A stretch of 63,306 bases of DNA from the NCBI GenBank assembly GCA_964434915.1, contig CAYSWW010000001.1:1-63306 (forward strand), given 5' to 3'. Shown piece by piece: positions 54,530 through 63,306 of this stretch. A program made the position numbers and the translations under genes. The notes under the pieces are model-generated. The model was given only the letters and a program-made list of their open reading frames with translations, was not told the origin of the DNA and did no database searches. This stretch comes from an uncultured Coprobacillus sp. GTDB lineage: Bacteria; Bacillota_I; Bacilli_A; Erysipelotrichales; Coprobacillaceae. How positions within the stretch are numbered: position 1 is the first letter of the stretch; each line of letters starts with the position of its first letter.

Positions 54530-54562
54530 ACAAAGTGGTAAAATCGCCACTTTGTTTTTTTT
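54530..54562 (+). terminator. Rho-independent terminator ending the sugar island
   Basis: ACAAAGTGG / CCACTTTGT stem followed by T7. Confidence 0.85.
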
Positions 54563-54840
54563 AAATCAACTGATTTGAATTATAGACATATTAAGAGTTT
54601 TATCAAAACGTCTTGGTCGTGTAATCAAGGTTCCGATGGTTTTTCTTTCAAGTAAGACTTTAATCATCAAGATTTTATCAATAATGAAATAATTTTAGAT
54701 ATAAGCTTATGATAATCTATGACATCAATGGGTAAGGATTTTTTTATTGTTAGTAAGTCAATATACAAAATACTTATTGTGTTTTATTTCTTTTAATGAG
54801 AAAATATAAGGTAGAAAAAGTAAATAATGAGGTTATTATC

Positions 54841-57758
54841 ATGGATGAAATGACGACATATGAAGACTTAGAAAAAGAAAATAAGCAACTCAAAAAAAGA
54901 ATAGAATATTTAGAAAAACTTTTAGATACTCATAATATTGTTTATCAGCAATTAAAAGAGAAAACTCATAATTTTTTAATGAATAATGAAATGATTACTC
55001 CAAGACATGCTATTGAATTTTATCGTGTTTTTAAAGGGAGAAAAGATGTCTATAGTCAAAGGCATGTTAATAAAGATGGGAGAATTGGATATTTTCCTCA
55101 ATGTGAAAACTTTTGGAAAAATGAAATTTGTTTAAAAAAAACAAAAAAATAAAATGTAAGGATTGTCCAAATAGAAAATGGAAAGAATTAAATCAAAAAG
55201 TTATTATGGAACATCTTAAAGGAAATGATATCAATGGTAATGATGTCATAGGTATTTATCCTATGTTAGAAGATGAAACGACAAATTTATTGGTATTTGA
55301 TTTTGATAATCACGAAGTCGGCACAGATGGAGAGAATATTGATAATAGTTGGAAAGAAGAAGTCAATGCTCTAAGAAAAATTTGTCAATTACAACAAATT
55401 GATATTCTTGTAGAAAGATCACGATCTGGTCGAGGTGCTCATCTTTGGATTTTCTTTGATAAACCCTTATCAGCTATAACAGCAAGACATTTTGGCAGAG
55501 CGTTATTAAATATAGGAGTCCAATCTATTAATTTAAAAACTTTTAAAACATATGATCGTATGATTCCTGCACAAGATTATTTAGCAGATGATGGGTTAGG
55601 AAATTTAATTGCATTACCATTGCAGGGTCAGGCTTTGAAAAAACAAAATAGTGCTTTTGTAGATGAAAATTGGAAGGCTTATCCCTATCAATGGGAATGT
55701 CTTGAAAAAGTTAAAAAACTATCATTGGAATTTGTAGAAGAGAAGCTTCAATTATGGAAAGATAATGATATATTTAGTGAGAATTATGATTATTCGATAT
55801 CTCAACCATGGATTAATGAAAATCATTTTCATAAAGATGATGTCAATCATCATGTTGATATCAAATTTGCAAATATGGTTTATATTGATACAAGAAATTT
55901 AAAGCCAAGAATTCAAAATCAAATAAGATGTTTAGCAGCTTTTAGAAATAAAAATTTTTTTAAGAGACGAGCAATGGGATTATCTGTTAGAGGGATGAAT
56001 TCATGGATAGAATGTGCAATTGATATAGATTATTGGATTTGTCTACCTAGGGGATGTTTATCAGTACTTCTCAATGAATTAGAAGAAAGTCAAATTACAT
56101 ATCATATAGAGGATCTTAGAAATTCGCAAAAGAAAATAGAAGTTGATTTTATAGGTCAACTATATGATAATCAACAAGAGGCATGTAATGCATTATTGGA
56201 AAATGATATAGGAATTTGTCATGCAACGACTGCATTTGGCAAAACAGTTGTTGGAACAAACTTGATAGCTCAAAGAAAAGTGAATACACTCATTATCGTT
56301 CATACCAATTTGATTATGAATAATTGGGAAGGTGATCTTAATCGTTTTTTAAGTATTCATGAGGAATTACCAACATACATAACTCCATCAGGGATAAAGA
56401 AAACAAGAAAGAGTGTCATTGGGAAATTATTTAGTAATCATAATTCTTTAACTAGTATTATTGATATTGCTATTGTCAATTCGCTTATTACAAAAGGTGA
56501 AATCAAAGATTTGGTTAGGAACTATGGGATGATTATTGTAGATGAATGTCATCATAGTGCATCTGCTATGCTTTATGATGTACTCACTGAGGTTCGTGCT
56601 AAATATGTTTATGGATTTACTGCAACTCCAAAAAGAGAAGATGGTTTGGAACAAAAAATTTTTATGCAATTGGGACCTATTCGATATCAGTTTACGACCA
56701 AGCAAAGATTACAACTTCAAAATGTTAATCATTATATCTTCCCGCGTTTTACGAGATTCATACATTTAAAAAATACAAAAATATCATTAAATGAAATATA
56801 TCAAAAATTAATTAATAATGAAATAAGAAATCAACAAATTCTTACAGATATAAACGAAGCACTTCAAAATAAACGTACACCATTAGTTATTACTAAATTT
56901 AAGAAACATGCTCAATATTTATATGAACAATTAAAGGGACAAAGTGATCATATTTTTCTGTTAGTCGGCGGAAAAGGACATAAAATCAACAAACAAATAC
57001 GTGAAGACATGAAAAATGTCAGCGAACAAGAAAGTGTTATCATAGTCGCAACGGCACAATATGTAGGAGAGGGCTTTAATTTTCCAAGACTAGATACGTT
57101 ATTTTTAACTGTTCCTATATCTGTGGAAAACAGCATAGAACAATATTCAGGAAGATTACATAGAGATTTTGAAGGGAAAAAAGATGTTATTATTTATGAT
57201 TATATTGATTCACATATAAAAACATTGGAAAAAATGTATCACAAACGTATGAGAACGTACAAAAAGATGGGGTATGAAATATGCACAACATTACATGTCC
57301 GTGAAGATGAAATTCAAATGATACATGATAGCTCTGATTATCAAACAATATTTGATAAAGATATTGAATATGCTAATGATAGTATTGTGATTTCAAGTCC
57401 CGGTTTAAGTCACAAGAGTGTTAATTATTATTTAAGATTATTTCAATCTAAGTTAAAAGAAAATATTCCCATAACAATTCTCACTTTAGATTCTAAAAGT
57501 TATCCTAAAAATATGGTTGAAAAAACGAATAAATTGATTCAAACTTTAAAGGAAAATGCTATTCATGTAGTCATTTCTTCTTCATCATATGGACATTATG
57601 CTATAATTGATAAAGAAATGGTCTGGTATGGAAATATGAATTTATTATCAAATATAAAAGAACAAGATTATATGATGAGAATTTCACACCAACAATTAGT
57701 ATATGAATTATTACGAGAAACAACAAAAGTGATGAAAGAGAAAAAACACGAAAGTTAA
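54841..57758 (+). pseudogene. AEP (primase-polymerase)-SF2 helicase-PLD-like fusion protein gene, split by a -1 frame change in an A8CA7 tract
   Basis: ORFs 54796..55152 and 55128..57758. AEP motifs VFDFD, SRSGRGAHLW, DRMIP. Helicase motifs AFGKT, DECHH, TATP, QYSGRLHR. C-terminal GHYAIIDKEMVWYGNMNLL. ATG 54841 follows a GAGG RBS. Confidence 0.8.
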
Positions 57759-57769
57759 AGAATTAAGAG

Positions 57770-59260
57770 ATTTATTAAAATAAAATTGATTAATGATGCG
57801 TTTATGGAAGTTTACAAAGCTTTACCAAACTCAAAAAAAGAAAAGTAGATAGTGTTATTGAAAGTATTGTGAAAATTAAGGAAAAAATTAGTCAAACAAG
57901 AAGAAGTTTCATCAAATCATCTTTGCTTTTTACAAGTCGTTATATTCAATCATGAAATTTATAAGGTGTTAAGTTATGATTAAAGTGTTTACGTTTTTTC
58001 AAGCGATGATCCTTTTACATCTGTCGGTATAGCTCAAAAAGACTTATATGAAGAATATGTAAAACGACAAATATAATCGTTAATCACAGAAGACACAATA
58101 CGAGAGCTGTTCAATGATGTTATACATTTGAGTCGTGAATGTTTACATGTTATGTTATTAGGGGGTTAGCTCATTATATTCAAAAACAGGAATATTAAGA
58201 TATGATTTTAAACTATTGTCAAAGATTTATTGCATTACAAAGAAACTTTATAGTGACAATGAAACGTTATGAGATCGTTTATATGAAGCTAAGGAATTGT
58301 TGAGTAATATGAATTTTTCATAATGATGCTTTTGATAAAGCTTTGCGGTATTATTTTCAAAATGATCCTGAGACCAGTTTATATATGGTATGATGATAGA
58401 CATTTTCTATTCTTGCAAGGAATGGATTGAAAATTATAAATATGGAGTTGAAATTGAGCATATTCAACTAAGGCAAAAACTTATGGATAAATATGAAAGT
58501 TATAAAAATGAGATGTAAACACTGTCAAAAAAATATATAAGAAACGCAACAATGAAGTGATTATTCATCAAATTAAAGATTATTTAGTTGAAAATACAAC
58601 ACACATATATCAACAAATGTTAGATCAAGAAATGAGTGAAGAAAGAGTTATTGAATTATTAGCGTTTTATTTAGAAATGCATATTAAAGATAATTTTCAA
58701 TCTGAAGATTTGGATGAAAAATGGCAGGTATTTTAAACAAAATCAACATGTACCTAGTGAGTATGAGTTTGATGTTCAGGAAGAACGTTGGAACTTAAGA
58801 CATATTCAAAACAATATAGAAAACTCAAGTCTGATGTCAAAGCATTAGAAGATGTACTTTAACTTTAGAAGCTCATTTTCTTGCGATACATACGCTTTAT
58901 CAAATTGATGGTCGATTATACTTGTGCTTAATTGTTTATTAGATTTTATAAATTATTATACAAGTGATTATACTGACTATTCTTATGAAGATTTTTTATG
59001 CTGGGCTGATGATCTAGAATAAATGTACACTTCTTATGTCAATCCATAACTCTATGATTATTTATCAAAGTTTGTTGATTTAAAAGATGAATCAACATTT
59101 GATCATATCTTTAAAAATGTTTGTCTATGTTTAACAAGGATCTTAGTAAGTATTGATATATGTGATAATGAATTATGTGTCAATAGATATTTCTTTTTTA
59201 TTAGTCAGTATATTAATCTTGACGCTTGTATTAGTGGGTTGATCTATATCAAAAAATTAG
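57770..59260 (+). pseudogene. Heavily degraded gene(s) of unknown function
   Basis: 1.5 kb with no ORF of 60 aa or more. Plus-strand frames give long coding-like runs (e.g. IIHQIKDYLVENTTHIYQQMLDQEMSEERVIELLAFYLEMHIKDNFQSEDLDEKW) broken by many stops and shifts. Confidence 0.5.
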
Positions 59261-59269
59261 GAGGCAATT

Positions 59270-60870
59270 ATGGAATATAAAGAATATATGAATCAAGTTC
59301 AACAAAGACTAAAAGAAATGAGTGAAGAAGAAAAGAATCAATGGATTTATCAACATGCTAGAATTCAATCTCAAAAGAGTCGAGAAGATATCTTAAATAG
59401 TTTAAAGTTTCTTCATCCTGCTACTAAAACTTTTAATCGAGTTAAATTCGATCATTTTATTGAAGATGTAAAAGAAGGGATTTTACAAATACCTGCTTAT
59501 GAAGAAGAAATCTATGATTATGGATATGATAGAGATTTTGAAACTTACTATACCAGAAATTGTGAGTTATAAGATCGATTAAATGATTATATTTATGATG
59601 CTTTTCAATATGTTAACAGTTGTCAGTACAATTTAGCTTTCGATATCTTTCAAAATATTCAAAATCTAGATTATGAATATGTCATGGATTACGGAGATAT
59701 TTATGAATTATCATTCAAAGAATTATTTGAAAATAATTTGATGGATATCAGTATTCAAAAATACTGTCTTTATTATCTCTATACAGCTTTTCAATTACAT
59801 TTTGATGTACCAAAAATGTATTCTTATTTAAATCAAAGTCAAGTTCAATATGTTCTCAGTGATTTGATGGCCTTTGGTCCAGAAGAAATCATACTCAGTG
59901 AAGATGAATATAAACAATGGATGACATTTCTAGAAAAGCAGCCTAGTGTATATGCAGCTAAACTATTAAAAGACATATGTCTTTTTTATGAAGATGTTCA
60001 TCAATTAACGAAAATAACTTTAAAAATAGGTGTACAGCATCCTTCTTTATATCTTGATATGATTGAAAATGATTTATCAAATGATCAATTAGAAGATGCT
60101 AGAATACTAGCTACACATGCTTTTAAACAATTAGATAAAAAATTGATCATACGTTCAAAAATAGCTGAGATACTCATTCCTTATTTTCAAGATAATCAAG
60201 AATTATATGAAATAGCGTTTTTATCAAATCCTCAAGTCAAGTATTGTTTACAATTATATAAATTGAATTGTGATGTAACTTCTATAAAAAATACATTTAT
60301 CAATATAGATTATGCACGATACAATGATATGATGGATGCTGAACAAAAAACAGCAACCTTAACATCTAATCAAAAACAGGTTTTGAACTTTTTATTAGGA
60401 GATTATAAAGAAGTTATTAATAAATGCCAAGAAGATCAGAGTTATTTAGGGTGGACAACAAGTTTAAAAGGTATCATTGTACCGTTACTTCTTATGTATT
60501 TAAAACCAGAAAAAATGCATTATGTAGCTGATGCTGTTATTATGAAAGATTTAAGCCAAATGCTGATGGATGATGAAAAAGAATTTAATCAATTATTTCA
60601 TATTTGGAAAGAAAAATATATGATGGATGAAAACTTTAAGAAAAAATGTATACACTGGTTAGAAACTGAAATGAATAAAAGAACTGAAGCCATTGTGGGT
60701 GGAACTCATCGCCGCAGTTATTATAAAGTGGCTAAATAATTAGTTGTGCTGGCAGAAATTTTATATGAATACAAGAAGATATCGAATATTGATATTTTTA
60801 TTAAAGATTACATCAAAATGTATTCACGTAAATCTGCTTTTAAAGCTCAAATGTTAAAGTATTTTAAATA
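59270..60870 (+). pseudogene. Unknown helical protein gene (about 533 codons) with two in-frame TAA codons
   Basis: ORFs 59270..59572 and 59684..60739, plus a tail to 60870, all share one frame. The only interruptions are TAA at 59570-72 and 60737-39. Confidence 0.55.
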
Positions 60871-60920
60871 AAGATAATACGGTAATGTTATTATCTTTAT
60901 TGTTATTTTTGTTTTTTAAG
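60871..60920 (+). terminator. Rho-independent terminator
   Basis: AAGATAATA / TATTATCTT stem followed by a T-rich tract. Confidence 0.75.
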
Positions 60921-61357
60921 TGAACATTACTTTATTCATATATATATAATGGAAGTATAAAAAAGATGATATTTATGGATCAAATTAAAGAATGGTGATT
61001 TATGGAAAATGAAGAATTCAATGGGATATCAGCTTATTATTATCAACTACAAAAAACATCTGAATTAAAAGGAGTAGTTAATGACTTAAAAATGATAATA
61101 TTGTTTCATATCACATTTTAATCAGAATATATACATGTTTTTACCATAAGATATCTATATAAAGATTCTTCATAGGTTTATAAATATTTAATAATTGCAT
61201 ATATGATAGTTTATATTATTTTCACTGAAAATAATTAATTAAATATGTATCTATTAAATAGATTGATCAATATAATAATATATGTAGGAAAAACTATCAA
61301 GAACTGTAGAGTATACACACAAATTAAAATATTGCTACTTTTTAGTGAAAAAGATTG

Positions 61358-61373
61358 TTTTTCTTGTATAATA
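61358..61373 (+). promoter_or_regulatory. Probable -10 region (TGTATAAT) upstream of cas9
   Basis: TTTTTCTTGTATAATA lies 36 nt upstream of ATG 61409. No good -35. Confidence 0.35.
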
Positions 61374-61408
61374 TATTTATATAATTTATTTAAAAAGGAT
61401 GGAAAAAG

Positions 61409-63079
61409 ATGGGAAGATTAGTTTTAGGACTTGATATTGGTATTACTTCTGTAGGATATGGAGTTATTGATATTGATAATAATCAATTTGTTGATTATGG
61501 TGTAAGATTATTTAAAGAGGGGACAGCAGCTTCCAATGAAGAAAGACGTACAAAAAGAGGAGCTAGACGTTTAAAGAGAAGAAAAAGAAATCGATTAGAT
61601 GATATGAGAAAACTGCTTGAGCAAAATGGCTTACTGAGTGAAGGATATGTTCCATTACAAAATCCATATGAAATAAGATTGAAAGGTTTAACACAAAAAC
61701 TTACCAATGATGAATTGTGTTGTGCTATTCTACATATTACCAAAAGCCGAGGAACTGTTTTAGAAATTAGTGCTGATGCCTCAAAAGATGAAGAAACAAC
61801 AAAGGCAGTCCTTTCTAAAAATGCAGATTTGTTAAAAGAACATTTTGTCTGCGAAATACAGTTAGACAGATTAAAAGAAGAAGGTCGACTAAGAGGCATT
61901 GATAATAATTTTCAAACGAAAGATTATCTTCATGAATTGTCTACGATTCTTGATCATCAGGATTTAGATGATGATTTGAAACAGCAGATTCTTCAAATTG
62001 TAACAAGAAGACGTCGATACGATCAAGGACCAGGTAGTGAGAAATCACCTACACCTTATGGGAGTTATCGTATTGTTGATGATGAACTTGTACATGTCAA
62101 TCTTATAGACATGATGCGAGGGAGATGTAGCATTTATCCAAATGAATTTAGAGCACCAAAACTATCATATACTGCAGAATTGTTCAATTTATTAAATGAT
62201 TTAAATAATTTAACAATTAACAATGAAAAGATAAATTTGGATGAAAAAGAAAAAGTTATTCAATTTGTCAATAAAAAAGGGAATATAACAGTTAAGCAAC
62301 TATGTAAATTATTAAATGTAACAGAAGATGAGATTAAAGGGTTTAGAATTGATAAAAATGAAAAACCAATCCTTACAGAATTTAAAGGTTATAAAAAAGT
62401 TTTGTCTGTATTTAAGACTTATCATTTAGAAAATATGTTAGAAGATAAAACGATTGTTGATGAAATTATGGATATAAATACGAAAGCAAAGGGAGTAGAT
62501 GAAAGAAAAAAATCTATTCATCAAATGTATCCTTCTTTACCAGAAGATGTTGTCAATGATCTAGCAAATATGAAAGGAGTTTCAGGATATCATTCATTGT
62601 CTTTTAAAATCATGAGAGAGTTAAATGTTGAAATGATGAAAACTGAATTCAATCAAATACAGTTATTACATCAATTAGAGATTTATGATAAAAACAGAAA
62701 ATCTTTAAAAGGAATGAAGAAAATCTATCCTGATGATGAAGCTATATTATCTCCAGTTGCTAAAAGAGCACATCGTGAAACTTTTAAAGTGATTAATAAA
62801 TTAAGAGAAAAGTATGGAGAATTTGATAGCATAGTCATTGAAACGACACGTGATAAAAATAGCGATGAGCGAAGAAAAAGATTGAATGATTATCAAAAAT
62901 TTAATGAAAATAACAATAAGAAAGTGAATGAATTGCTTAATAAAAACGGATTTGAAAGCGATCATATTAATTCTTTGACAAAATTAAAAGTAAGACTTTA
63001 TGAAGAACAAGAGGGAAAAACTGCTTATAAACAAAATGATATTAACTTCAATCTTTTAATCAATGATCCATATTGTTGA
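61409..63079 (+). pseudogene. cas9: Type II Cas9 (small SaCas9-like), truncated after RuvC-II just before the HNH motif
   Basis: GLDIGITSVGYGVI (RuvC-I), Arg-rich bridge helix RRTKRGARRLKRRKRNRL, REC lobe, IVIETTRDKN (RuvC-II), then ...LINDPYC followed by a stop. No HNH, RuvC-III or PI domains. Confidence 0.85.
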
Positions 63080-63129
63080 ACCGCAAATTTTTTAGTTCCA
63101 AAAGTGATAAATTTATTCAAATTAATGAA

Positions 63130-63185
63130 AACAGCTATATAAATATCATGATTAGAAAATAATCATTTTACTTTATATAGCTGTT
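63130..63185. other. Nested hairpin immediately downstream of the cas9 truncation point
   Basis: 14-bp arms AACAGCTATATAAA / TTTATATAGCTGTT enclosing ATGATT...AATCAT. Confidence 0.5.
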
Positions 63186-63220
63186 GTTGTATTCTATATA
63201 ATATAAATCTAAAGAAAGGA

Positions 63221-63262
63221 AAAGGATAAAGTCATCCACGCCAATGTTTGTCTTTATCCTTT
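63221..63262 (-). terminator. Terminator of a minus-strand gene lying beyond the window end
   Basis: AAAGGATAAAG / CTTTATCCTTT stem, followed by a T-rich tract on the minus strand. Confidence 0.55.
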
Positions 63263-63306
63263 GTTCATAGAACGATATCATGATAACTCTTTTTTTAAAA
63301 ATTTCA

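Noticed and set aside
54600-54660. A tRNA-like fragment or att site (…CAAGGTTCCGATGG…) at the left edge of the defence island.
   Set aside because: It only loosely resembles a T-arm. There is no acceptor stem or matching direct repeat at the other island end within the window.
60921-63306. A CRISPR array or tracrRNA flanking cas9.
   Set aside because: I found no direct repeats of 28-37 nt with regular spacing on either side. The GTATACTCTACAG-like string (minus strand, about 61300-61315) vaguely recalls type II-A repeat cores, but without a repeat to pair with, an anti-repeat cannot be supported.

Overview
Low-GC (about one-third G+C by eye) Firmicutes-type chromosomal segment. The gene content and a small SaCas9-like cas9 suggest a gut Erysipelotrichaceae/Clostridia-like organism, but that is inference only.

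**1-38.8 kb: housekeeping and carbohydrate/peptide metabolism**
- Type III glutamine synthetase, a GNAT and HAD phosphatases.
- A minus-strand GH1-MBL-GH1 operon and an ABC-F ATPase.
- A cluster of PRD regulator, M42 peptidase, cellobiose-type PTS IIA/IIB/IIC, M24 peptidase and MalY-like lyase.
- An aconitase / isocitrate dehydrogenase / GntR operon.
- nrdDG and an M19 dipeptidase.
- A two-subunit class I fumarate/tartrate hydro-lyase flanked by two RpiR regulators.
- Threonine aldolase and HU.

**38.9-54.5 kb: glycoside / sugar-phosphate island**
- LacI and RpiR regulators.
- Two intact GH1 genes and one decayed GH1 gene.
- Three Gfo/Idh/MocA oxidoreductases and a VOC protein.
- Rpe-like and RpiB-like enzymes.
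- An orphan PTS IIB.
- Two paralogous proteins of unknown function.

**54.6-63.3 kb: decayed defence-type island**
- A primase-polymerase (AEP)-SF2 helicase fusion gene split by a -1 shift inside an A8CA7 tract.
- About 1.5 kb of heavily degraded coding sequence.
- A roughly 533-codon frame with two in-frame TAA codons.
- A cas9 truncated just before the HNH motif, with no cas1/cas2/csn2 and no array.

**Window-wide:** there are about 15 independent gene lesions (IS remnants, frameshifts, nonsense codons, truncations), and about 10 kb is ORF-free but looks like coding sequence. I recognised no rRNA, tRNA or CRISPR array. All product calls rest on motif and family recognition by eye; no searches were run.
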